A stretch of DNA of 63,113 nucleotides, the filler included, from Chiloscyllium plagiosum (lineage: Eukaryota): the NCBI RefSeq assembly GCF_004010195.1. It is 3 parts of one record of this genome, joined end to end, with 100 filler letters (N's around TTAATTAATTAA, not from the genome) between each part and the next. Parts side by side here need not be neighbours in the genome. Positions count along the whole stretch, not along the records: positions 1 to 24,211 come from NC_057717.1; positions 24,312 to 47,821 come from NC_057717.1; 1 more part is not named here. The stretch is one strand, 5' to 3'. The notes under the pieces are model-generated. The model was not told the DNA's origin. It searched no databases and was given only the letters and a program-made list of their open reading frames with translations. A program made the translations under genes and the position numbers. Within the stretch, counting starts at the first letter, position 1; each line of letters begins with the position of its first letter. Shown piece by piece: positions 21,350 to 32,409 of the stretch.

Positions 21350-24211
21350 ATGTGTGCCGTGAAGGGAATGCTGAAAGGCTGCAGGGTGACTGATTGGGCA
21401 AGTACTTGGAAAGTGCAATATGATGTTGATAAATGTGAGGTTATCCACGTTGTTTCCAAAGAAAAAGGAAGGCAGATTATTGTCGGAATGATGGCAGATC
21501 AGGAAAAGGTGAGGTACAGTGGACTTGGATATCATGGTGGAGCTGTTTCTGAAGGTTGGCATGCAGAAGCAGCAGGCAGTGTGGACAGCTAATGGCATGC
21601 TGACGGTCATAATGAGATATTTATGTATCTACGTAATGCTGTCTTTGCGCAGTTATACAAGGCCTGGCGAGGCCAAACTTTGCGTGTTGTGCAATTTCGG
21701 AGTTTTCGTCTTAGGAACAGCGTAGATTCACCACACTGATTCCTGCCTGATGCTGGGACTGACATGTCAGGAAAACGTGGATCTACTGGGTCTGTATGAA
21801 CTTTAATTTGGAAGAATGCGACCGAACCTTAGAGAGACATGTAAAAGCCTGCTGAGACTGACGAGGTTTGATACAGGAAGGATCATCTCATAGTTGGGAA
21901 ATCCCAGGTGAAAGATTAATGAGTAAGCGATACAGGATGAAATGAGGAATTATTTCTTGACTCAGAGCTTTATGAGCCTGTGCAATTCTATAACACATGA
22001 AGATGTCCCTTGCAGTTCAATGGATAAATAATTATTGGAAGAGGGCACGAACACGGCAGTGAGATTGCACAATCAGCCATGATCCATTGAATGGTGGTTC
22101 AGGTTCGAAGGGCGGAATGGCCTATTCCTGCATCAGTTTGTATGCTTCTATTACGGCTGACAAGACTATTCTGCCCATTTTCCCCATGCTGGCTAAGTAT
22201 CTGTGAATTCCGCTTACCCTCTTTCATACAGTAGAGAACTTCACTTTTTGGCTGCTCTTGTATAGCTATGTTTCTTGTGAGTTCCCAACAGTCTTTATTA
22301 ACGGCTGCCATTCATTTGTGACCCCTGCTTCACCACAAGTGCAAATCACTTTCGCTACGTCTGTCTACTCCCGTGTCAGTTTTATTCGTATCTCGACTTC
22401 CTCTTTTCTGGAGGAAATTGCCTCAAACTGTTCAGTTATTTGTGGAATGTTACAAAACATATTATCCTTTAATATGTTCTTTGGTAGCCCTGTGAAATCT
22501 TCATTTATGATCCGCAGGCCAGACTGATGCATAGTGCTCCCAGTTTGCTAAAACTGTTGGAAGTGAATGAGCAACTGGTTGAACAGTAACATTGGAGATT
22601 CCATTCTTCCTTCCTTTCCCAATTACCGTCATCTGAACATCTCCGTAACTTCAGTTATGTTGACCGATCACAGAAGTTGGTGCTGTGTTGCTTGAAGAAA
22701 CTAAACTTAGAGAGAAGATTTGATGGAGGTGCACAGGCGCCTGTGCAGAGTGAATGGAGAAAAACGTTTGCAAATGATAGACGTATCGAGGCTACAAATC
22801 CATAGATTTAGATTGATTGGCAGAAGACGTAATGGCGATACAAGAATAAATTTTATGGTGTAGGGAACGATTCGGACCTGGAATGGTCTGCCGAAGATTG
22901 AAGTGGAAGTAGATTCATTCGAGCAAGCACGGATTATTGACGGAAAAGGAAGAGTGTGCATGATTAATGGAAGTGGGTTAACAGTTCTCTTCGAGAGTCA
23001 GCACAGAAGTGATAGGATAAATGGCCACCTACAGCAGAGTCAGGCCCTTCAGCCTAAACTGGTCCATTCTGTCCAAAATGGCCATCCATGCTAACTCCAT
23101 TTCGCTAGACTTGACCTATGTACGTCTACACTTTTCCTATCCATATATTTGTCCAATAACCTTTCAAAACGTTGTTAATGTGTCTCACACAACCATTCGT
23201 GTTTGTAACATATTCTAAATGCTTTCCATGGTCTGTTAAAAAAGCTTGCCCCTCAGGTTCCCTTTTATTCTCTCCCATCTAACATTCAGTTTATACCCTC
23301 TATTCCTCAATTCCCCAATCATGGAAATAGACTGAGTGCACCCACCCTATCCATGCCTCTCATGATCTGATATATTTGTATTCGATTCCCCCTCATTCTC
23401 CTGCACACGAAACAGAAAGTCCAAGATTGTCCAATCTCTCCAAATAATTCAGACCATTGAGTCCTGACAACATCCTTGTGAATTTCTTTTGCACTTTTTC
23501 GAGTTTAATAATAATATTTCTGCAACAGTGTGACTAAATCTGAACATAATACAGCAAGTGCGGCATTGCCAACTGTACAACTCCTGTACAACTGCAACAT
23601 AACGTCCAAACATTTATACTCAGTGTCCTGGCTGATGATGACCAATATGCTAAAAGCCTTCTTCAACATCCTTGTGAATTTCTTTTGCACTTTTTCGAGT
23701 TTAATAATAATATTTCTGCAACAGTGTGACTAAATCTGAACATAATACAGCAAGTGCGGCATTGCCAACTGTACAACTCCTGTACAACTGCAACATAACG
23801 TCCAAACATTTATACTCAGTGTCCTGGCTGATGATGACCAATATGCTAAAAGCCTTCTTCACTGCCTGGTTTATTTGTGGTTCCAATTTCAGAAAACCGT
23901 ACATCTCGACATCGGGTTTCCGCTGTAACACTGCACCACTTAAGGCCTTAAAATTCACCGTGAAACTCTTACTGGGTTTGACATTCCATAATGCAAAAGC
24001 TCATACTTATCAATATTTATCTCCATTTGCTATTTCTCAGCCCTCTTCCCCAGCTGATCAATTCCTGCTGAAATGTCTGACAACCGTCCTGATTGTCCAT
24101 GAACTGCCTATTTTCGCTTCGTCTGGAAACTTCCTAATTGTGCCTCTTATGCTCGCATCCAAATCATTTATATAAATGACAAAAAGTAGAGGACCCAGCA
24201 CTGATCCTTGT
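21350..24211. mobile_element. Cluster of CR1 fragments (plus ~21350-22150 and ~22680-23000; minus ~23030-24211)
   Basis: DWASTWKVQYDVDKCEVIHV (21344-21592, +) and VKKAFSILVIISQDTEYK..MLQLYRS (minus). Confidence 0.65.
23468..23861. repeat. Exact 196-bp tandem duplication inside a CR1 fragment
   Basis: 23468-23663 is repeated at 23664-23859. The ORF track shows identical peptides offset by 196 (23530 vs 23726). Confidence 0.95.
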
Positions 24212-24311
24212 NNNNNNNNNNNNNNNNNNNNNNNNNNNNNNNNNNNNNNNNNNNNTTAATTAATTAANNNNNNNNNNNNNNNNNNNNNNNNNNNNNNNNN
24301 NNNNNNNNNNN
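24212..24311. other. 100-bp scaffold join with an artificial TTAATTAATTAA linker (24256-24267)
   Basis: Symmetric N44-TTAATTAATTAA-N44. An identical construct occurs at 47822-47921. Confidence 0.97.
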
Positions 24312-24528
24312 GGGTAGGTTCTTCACTCAGTGAGTCGTAAGTTCATGGAATGCCCTGCCTGTAGCAGTGGTGGACTCTCCCTCTTTATGGGCATTTAGGC
24401 GGGCATTGGATAGGTATATGGAGGATAGTGGGTTAGTATAGGTTAGGTGGGCTTGGATCGGCGCAACATCGAGGGCCAAAGGGCCTGTACTGCGCTGTAT
24501 TCTTCTATGTTCTATGTTCTATGTTCTA
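24312..24528 (+). mobile_element. Young CR1 3' end with (TATGTTC)n tail
   Basis: Encodes RFFTQ*VVSSWNALPVAVVDSPSLWAFRRALDRYM. Near-identical to the reverse complement of 46023-46232. Confidence 0.85.
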
Positions 24529-24530
24529 CA

Positions 24531-25310
24531 GATCCCTCCCCTTACAATAAATTTAAAACTGAAAGGGGACTTTGTCTGTGAACGACAATATCCTATTTCC
24601 ATAGAAGGTAAACGAGGACTGCAGCCGGTAATTGAGAGACTGATTAGAGATGGACTGTTGGAGCCATGTATGTCTCCTTATAATACCCCAATTCTACCAG
24701 TACGGAAATCTGATGGAACTTATCGATTGGTGCAGGATTTGAGAACATTAAATCGATAGTACAGGTCAGGCACCCAGTGGTGCCAAACCCCTATACGTTA
24801 TTAAGTAAGATCCCTCATGATTACAGATGGTTTAGTGTGATAGATTTAAAGGATGCCTTTTGGGCTTGTCCCTTGGCAGAGGAGAGATTTGGGACTATCC
24901 CCCTATGAATTTTTATTTGAATTACCTTATCTGGGAACGCAGGGAGAATTGCCAATTCCCAAAACTAAAGATTTGTTTTTAAAGAAGTATATACTGGGCT
25001 TGTCCTCCTCTTTATCTTTCCTCAGAAACAGGGTCTATTGGCACAGACTCCGCCCCTTGAATTTGCTGTTCATCCCATTTGGCCAGGAGATTGAGTCTTA
25101 ATAAAGTCATGGACAGAGACTAAGCTGCAGCCAGACTGGGAAGGGCCGTATCAGGCTCTTTTGACTACCGAAACGGCAATAAGGACGGCGGAAAAAGGCT
25201 GGACTCATTATACTCGGATCAAAGGGCCAGTGGACCCTCCAGTTGAGGAAGAAGTCTGGACAGCCGAATCAACGCAAGACCCGCTGAAACTCAGACTAAA
25301 GAGACTTTGA
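24531..25310 (+). pseudogene. pol: Endogenous retrovirus pol remnant (RT N-terminus fused by deletion to integrase C-terminus)
   Basis: RQYPISIEGKRGLQPVIERLIRDGLLEPCMSPYNTPILPVRKSDGTYRLVQDLR../PVVPNPYTLL..WFSVIDLKDAFWACPLAEE, then abruptly (~24883) DLGLSPYEFLF..PGD*VLIKSW..KLQPDWEGPYQALLTTETAIRTAEKGWTHYTRIK..PLKLRLKRL*. These are class I (gamma-like) retroviral motifs. Confidence 0.9.
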
Positions 25311-25408
25311 GTAATTGACTATACAGTGGCGACGCGAGCGCGGGATTATTTCTGTAAGATTGTATATTAAGCCTTTTTGTGTTTTATCATAGTGATTAGA
25401 ATACTAGG

Positions 25409-26783
25409 AATGCTTAGAGTTATGATGCTAGTCCTCTTGGTATTTGGATTTTGTCAAATATCATTTTCATATGTATTATTAATGGTTCCTGAGTCTGATA
25501 TTCCACAAGTAATAGACACTGATGTATGTAGTTTAGTAAATTGTGGGAATGTAGCTAATCAGAGACAATACCTCAACTCAGAGATACATCTTAAGTCCTA
25601 TGGGGATGGCCGCGGGATGGTACCTGGTATAATGGTCTTGTCATAATACACCGGGCCCCCTTCCGACCAGCACTCGATTGTCCCGATAAAAAGTGTAACC
25701 CCATATATTTAACGATAAGAAAAACCACATGGCACGAAGCGGTTTTGGGAGGTGGCACTTATGAGGTACAATTAAATGAAACATTTGGGATTGAAATGAA
25801 AGCAAATGGTAAGGAGTTTGAGGGCTGTTGTTATCGAATTAGCGGAGGACAGGGAAAACGGGTAGAATTACTGGGTAATGAGATACAACCTTTCACCCCT
25901 CCCGATGATCCTAAAGAAGTAAAAATTATAGAAGTAAAGGATTTGAAACAGACCATCGAGATAGAGACTGGGTACGGGGATGCAAATGCCTGGGTTGAAT
26001 GGGTAAAGTATACTGTAAAAAGTCTGAACAAAAGCAATTGCTATGCATGTGCCTCCGGTAGGCCAGTGGCCCAGATGGTTCCCTTTCCGCTCGGGTGGAA
26101 GCGAGACAGGAAGGGCATGAAATGCATGATAGCCCTGTATCAGGATGAGACTGCATGGAATGATAGGAATTGTACCTCCCTATCTCTGATGTTCCCTCCC
26201 TTGGAGGAGAAAGATGCAAAAGTTCCCCCCCAAATTTTCCCCCGCAGTTGGAAATCACACGTCATGTGTGCACAGGCGAGGTACGAGTCGGTCGAGAGAT
26301 TTGGGGGAGCTGAAATTATGTACAGAGATTAAGAATGTTACCGAAACGGAGAAGGGAGGGAACTACTCAGCATTAAACGTTCCCCGAGCGGATCTGTGGT
26401 GGTACTGTGGAGGAAAAATATTGAGACTCACCCTACCTCCGGATTGGAAAGGGATATGCGCAATTGTACAATTGGCAATTCCATTCACCTGGGCATTTGA
26501 GAAGGAAAAGATAGTAGGGAAAAAGGGAAGGGGTAAGAGATTACTGTTAGATACTTCTTTTGATGACAGGATTTATCTCGACTCGGTAGGAGTTCCTCGG
26601 GGAGTACCTGATGAATTCAAGGCTCGTAACCAGATTGCAGGAGGCTTTGAGTCAGCTCTCTTTTGGTGGGCAACAATTAATAAAAATGTAGACTGGATAA
26701 ATTACATTTTTTATAATCAACAGCGATTTATAAATTATACAACAGAGGCGGTTAGACTAAGATGGATGAAATCTCTGAAATGA
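25409..26783 (+). pseudogene. env: Endogenous retrovirus env remnant (gamma-type, ERV3/HERV-I-like), frameshifted and TM-truncated
   Basis: Hydrophobic signal-like start, IETGYGDANAWVEW..SNCYACASGRP, DLWWYCG..LPPDWKGICAIVQLAIPF, furin site RGKR, then YLDSVGVPRGVPDEFKARNQIAGGFES..WWATINKNVDWINYIFYNQQRFINYT. Frameshift at the C-run ~26225-26232. ISD, CX6CC and the membrane anchor are missing. Confidence 0.88.
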
Positions 26784-26859
26784 TGCTTGCGAATTTTGGG
26801 AACAATGTTTAAAAAAATGCAGAAGATAACAGATAGTAATGAAAAGAAAAAGGGGAAAT

Positions 26860-27456
26860 TGTGGGAAATAAATGAATTAATGTTATTTCTGCAAGTATAA
26901 ATTCTGATACAGAACAGGAATGAGAAAATACATATTCAGCAAAAAGAAAGGATATGTTAGCATGAGATGTGAATACAGAACAATGGTGGATATAAGGGCA
27001 AACAGGAAAACATCTGTTTCCCCACTTGTACAGAGACACAGGAACAAACCCCAATCAAAGAGGGCAAAGTGGCCTCTGGATGGAAATAGATGCTGATAGA
27101 AGAAAAGATATGCCGAATCAATAACCTACGGTAGACTGACGTCAAACACCCTTATGGGAGTCAGAGATAAGAGTTTGTCACGGACAAGACAGGATAAACA
27201 GAAGTTGTGGGATCAGTCTTAAGGAAATGAGTGACGTAAGCGAAGCAGGGAACAAACAATGGAATAAGGAAAACATATGGGAAAAGAAACAGTATAAATT
27301 GTCAGGGTTTTTTGGGATATAGTGTGTATTTTGTCATTACCTTACCTGGTAATTAGACAAAGCACCCACCTATAGGTGTATAAATAAAATAATGCTGTAT
27401 TCAGAAAATAGTCTCGGACTGAAATTATTAAAGTGAGTGAGCTTTTGTTTCTCACA
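26860..27456 (+). mobile_element. 3' LTR of the ERV
   Basis: Polypurine tract GAAAAGAAAAAGGGGAAA immediately upstream. Termini TGTGGGAAA...TTTCTCACA (8/9 inverted match). TATAAA at ~27294 and AATAAA at ~27383. Confidence 0.8.
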
Positions 27457-27699
27457 GGACCGAATTGGAAATCGACCTGGTTTCTCTTTTCCTGGGCTTG
27501 CCCAGAGTATCTTACGCAGATACACATGGGAAAAAAAAATATCTCCTTACTTTCTGTGCTAGGTAAAATATTCTGTGGTGTTGGATGTCTGAAAACTCCG
27601 CGGGTCTGTTGGGTCTTTGTAAGTTCCTCATGGAGAATATCCCTTTGGACTTTCTCACCAGCATGGTGCACCAAAAAACAGAGATTAATATAAGTGAAA

Positions 27700-29365
27700 G
27701 AGTCATCGAGATGTACAGCATGGAAACAGACCCTTCGGTCCAACCCGTCTATGCCGACCACATATCCCAAACCAATCTAGTACCACCTGACAGCACCTGG
27801 CCCATAACCCTTCAAACCCTTCTTATTCGTATAGCCATCCAAATGCCTCTTAAATGTTGCACTTGTATTAACCTCCCCGACATCACCTGGCAGCTCATTC
27901 CATACACGTACCACCCTATGTGTGAAATAGTTGCTCCATAGTTCTCTATTGTATCTTTCCCCTCTCACCCTAAACCTATACCCTCTCGTTATGTCTCCCC
28001 GACCCCAGGGAAAAGACTTTACCTATTTACCCTATCTATGCCCTTCATAATTTTGTAAACATCTATAATGTCAGCCGTCAACCTCTGACACTCCAGGGAA
28101 AACAGTCCCAGTCTGTTCAGCGTCTCGCTATAGCTCAAATCGTCTAACGCTGGCAACATCCTTGAAATATTATCTGAACTCGTTCAAGTTTCACAATATC
28201 TTTCCGATAGGAAGGAGACCAGAAATGGACGCAATATTCCAACAGTGGCCTAACCAGTGTCCTGTACAGCCGCAACATGATCTTCCAACTCCTGTACTCA
28301 ATACTCTGCCCAATAAACGAAGCCATACAAAAAGCCTTCTTCACTATCCCATTTACCTGCGACATCACGTTCATGGAGCTATGAATCTGCACTCCAAGGT
28401 CTCTTTGTTCAGCAACACTCCCTGCGACCTTACCATTATAAGTATAAGTCCTGCTAAGATTTTCTTTCCCAAAATGCAGCACCTTGCATTTATCTGAATT
28501 AAACTCCATCTGCCACTTCTCAGCCCATTGGCCATTTGGACAATCAGAGGCGACCATCTTTGCTCTACACTACACCTGCAATTTTGTTGTCATCTGCAAA
28601 CTTACTAACTGTACGTCTTATGCTCGCATCCAAATCATTTATGTCAATGACAAAAAGTAATGAATCCAGCACCGATCCTGGTGGTACTGCACTGGTCACA
28701 GGCCTCCAGTCTGAAAAACAATCCTCCACCATCACCCTCTGTCTTCTACCTTTGAGCCAGTTCTTTATCCAAATGGCTAGTTCTCCCTGTATGCCATGAG
28801 ATCTAACCATGGGGAACCTTATCAAAACCCTTGCTGAAGTCCATATAGATCACATCTACCTCTGCCCTCATCAATCCTCTTGGTTACTTCCTCAAAAAAC
28901 TCAATCAAGTTTGTGAGACATGACATCTCATGCACAAATCCATGTTGACTATCCATAATCAGTCCTTGCCTTTCCAAATATATGCACATCCTGTACCTCA
29001 AGCTTCCCTCCAACAACTTGCCCACCACCAACGTTAGGCTCACTGGTCTATAGTTCCCTGGCTTGTCCTTAACACGCTTCTTAAACAATGGCACAATGTT
29101 AGCTAACCTCCAGTCTTCCGGCACCTCACCTGTGACTATCCATATTGCAAATATCTCAAAAAGAGGCCCAGCAATCACGTCTCTATATTCCCACAGAGTT
29201 CTAGGGTACACCTGATCAGGTACTGGGGATTTATCCACCTTTACCCGTTTCAAGACATCCAGCACTTCCTTCTCTGTAATATGGACATTTTGTAAGGTAT
29301 CACCATCTATTTCCCTACATTTTATATCTTCCACATCCTCTTCCACAGTAAATACTGATGCATAA
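27700..29365 (-). mobile_element. CR1 LINE, 5'-truncated, RT domain with frameshifts
   Basis: KSPVPDQVYPR..PEDWRLANIVPLFKK..PGNYRPVSLT..SQHGF..SCLTNLIEFFEEVT (28822-29346), VPPGSVL..SKFADDNKI (28565-28825) and WQMEFNSDKCKVLHFG (28144-28557). Confidence 0.92.
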
Positions 29366-30334
29366 TACTTTTTAATATCTCTCCCATACTTCCTGTGCGA
29401 GGAAGAATGTTCTGTTGTGTTGGATGTCTGAAAAACCTCCTGATCTGTTGGGTGGTTGTAAGCTCGTCATGGAGAATATCCCTTTGGAATTTCTCACCAA
29501 TATGGTGCACCGAGAAGCAGAGATTTATATAAGATATGGCAACCCTTTTTGGATTACCGCGATACAGGCTTATCTGCCACTCTAAAAAGGGCTTTCATAT
29601 AGCCATGACGATATTGTCTAATGAATCACATATTATGAATTATGAACGTATGAATGTGTATCAGTTAACGCTCTCGAAGAACGAGAGCTATCACTTTGTT
29701 ATGCTGAGCCGTGTTATTTATTTATTACTTATTGTTTATTTTTATTTTTCTTCTGTCTGTTTAGAGACTTTAACTTATTTTTATATACATGCACATGTGT
29801 GTAAGTTTGTTTAGTTATTCGAGTTGTTTTGATATTGGTTTAATATAATAATAAAAATATATTTTTCAATAAAAAATTGTTAAAAAATTAAAATCCTAAC
29901 ATTGATAGGTTAGAGTCCCAAATAACTCTCATGAGAGAGACCACTCATGGTGGTTTATGTTGAAAGTCCCCACACGGGTGATGGGGTGAGGTTGAGAGAG
30001 CATACCCTTCATGGTAACCTCAGTCAGTGTGGGGAATTGAACCTGCGCTGGTGGCCTCCCTCTACATCACAAACCAACTATCCAGCCAACTGAGTGGGAG
30101 ACTGTGTAACTGTTACACACAGAATCAGTCACAGACAAAGAGCAAGAAAAATTTTCATGACAAGGAAAAAGGTATATTTGAGATAAAAATGTTCTCTGCT
30201 AGAAATTGTATTTTATAATGAGACAAGTGTTTGGAATCTGTCTTTGTCTGAATACAATAAGGTGAGACAAATGAAATAACCAGAATGACGAATTGTGATT
30301 GGATATCAATAACTATAACAGCCAGAAACCCTAA

Positions 30335-30990
30335 CCACCTAACCATACATCAAAGAAGTTTCAGAAATGACAGCGAGACTACTAAGACCCCTCGGTACCT
30401 AGTAGCACACAAACCCACCAACACTCTCAAACAAAAACTAGCAAACTTAAAAGACCCAGTACAACCCATAGACAAAACCAAGGTCATCTACAAAATTCCA
30501 TGCAAGGACTGCCACAAACTCTACGACGGGCAAACAGGAAGACAGTTAACCACCAGGATACACGAACACCAGCTAGTCACAAAAAGACACGCCCCTCTCT
30601 CCCTCGTAGCCCTACACGTGGATGAAAAAAACACCATTTCGACTGGGGCAACACATCTATCCTGGGACAGGCTAAGCAAAGACATGCCAGAGAATTCCTA
30701 GAGGCCTGGCACTCCAATCACAACGCTATAAACAAGCACATAGATCTAGATGCCTTCCATCAACCCGTCAGAAAACGAACAGAAATGACATCACCACAAA
30801 CCCCAGGAACCCCATCCAGGAGAAAGATATAAATAGAAAGCAGGAGACAATAGCTTCGCTTCACTTGGAGGTCGCCACTGATGATGTTACCTAGCCAGAT
30901 AATGGAACGTCTGGATATCAAACCTGCAGCTCAGAGAGCAAACCTACACCCTAAACCTCAACCTGAGCTACAAACCTTCACAAACCTTTC
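30335..30990 (+). mobile_element. Penelope-like element 3' fragment (GIY-YIG + pseudo-LTR)
   Basis: VAHKPTNTLKQKLANLKDP..VIYKIPCKDCHKLYDGQTGRQLTTRIHEH../REFLEAWHS. A degenerate hammerhead motif follows at 30875-30914. Confidence 0.85.
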
Positions 30991-31615
30991 ATAACCATAA
31001 AATAAGTGCATGATTTTGATTGGTCTGTGGCAAGCATGCTGACTATTGCAAGAAATTATAAATCAGATGAAATCTATAGTAAGGAGAGTCCGTCCCCATG
31101 GGAAATGCCTTCTGAACACCTGCTAGAAGAAACCCGGAGGAAAAAGTGTCTGAGAACCATCTGCTCAGTAACAGGAACCTGGTGGTTGAATGACTGCAAG
31201 TTCCTGTAACATGGAGATGAGAAAACCATCTGATCACCCCCGAACCTATTGAATGTTGGAACATATTTGAAGTACTGATTCCTAATGATGGATTATAATT
31301 GTGTGTGATTTGAAAAAAAGTACATCTCTACTCTATCCTCTTACATGTTACACACTGGGGCACAGCCGTTATCCTGAATTGGGAATAAGTTGTAACATTA
31401 TTTGGTACATTCCATAATTGGCATTCTCCAGAATATTCTATAACTATGTGGGTGGTGGTGGGGGGGGGGCGGGAATTAGAAAGGCAAGAGAGGAAGAGAG
31501 GGAAGGTGCTGCATGCAGTAGTGAGAGTGGTGGAGTATAAGCCTTGTTCAGGGGTCGGTGCTATAACAGATGTACAGTGAGTGTGAGGGAGCAGAGAAAA
31601 TATGGTGACCCTTAT

Positions 31616-31839
31616 CCTGACAGAGTGGGGAAGGTTATTGATGCTTGTCCTGTTTTGCTGGACATTTCTTCAGACCGCAGATACTGCACTGAGGTAGGTG
31701 GCGAGCGCAGACCAGGCTCGGTGGGTCTGGTAGTGTGATCCCTCTGGGAAAAGAATGGTCCCCTTTTGTACTAGCCCATCCACCAGGACCTCCATGCTGC
31801 TGTCGACAAACCGTGATGTAATTTCCCCTTAGCTGCCAT
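31616..31839 (-). pseudogene. Harbinger/PIF transposon Myb/SANT DNA-binding ORF fossil
   Basis: Minus strand reads MAAKGKL/SRFVDSSMEVLVDGLVQKGTILFPEG..RAWSALATYLSAVSAV*RNVQQNRTSINNL. This fits the Myb/SANT-like pattern RF....E.L......LFP...AW..A..SA....R..QQ.R...N.L. Confidence 0.6.
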
Positions 31840-32409
31840 GCTCGGGGTGAACTGTGCAGGGCAGCTCCAAACTGAGAAAGCTCAACCGTGTGCCCGTTGG
31901 CCTTTTACAGATGGCCCCAGGGTCAGGAATCACGGAATATCCAGGGGCATCCGGACGATGGTGAGTACGTCCAGTCAGGATGGGTGGGAGAATCGGGTTG
32001 GCAATGTATGAGAGGGACACTATGGAGTGGGCTGGGTAGTTAATGAGATGAGTTTGGTAAGATAGCACCAGGAAACTAGCTCGGCCACGTGCAGACAACC
32101 CCTCTGTCACATTAAAGAAAATGTAAATGAGACAGTTTTTTGTTAGGTTCAGCCCAGTGAGGCGAAGACTCTGCTGTCCTCACTCCCAGTTACAAAGCTG
32201 CAGAACAAATGCTCATTATAAACTCTCCATTGCCTGAACTCACAGCAATATTCCATTCACTAATTCTTCATAATACTGATCCATGTTGCATGATAGTATC
32301 GAAATGTCTTCATTTCAGCATTCTGAAACCTGTGAACTTATCCTTCAATGACATTTTTTCTCAGTCTCCCCCACTCTGCCTCCACTCCGCAACACACTCA
32401 TTGACAGTC

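Noticed and set aside
24256..24267. TTAATTAATTAA palindrome inside N-runs (also 47866-47877)
   Set aside because: It is centred in identical 100-bp N spacers and gives stops in all six frames, so it is an assembly linker rather than biological sequence.
25409..26783. env as a domesticated syncytin-like gene
   Set aside because: It has at least two frame disruptions, lacks ISD and TM anchor, and is still embedded in proviral pol/LTR context.
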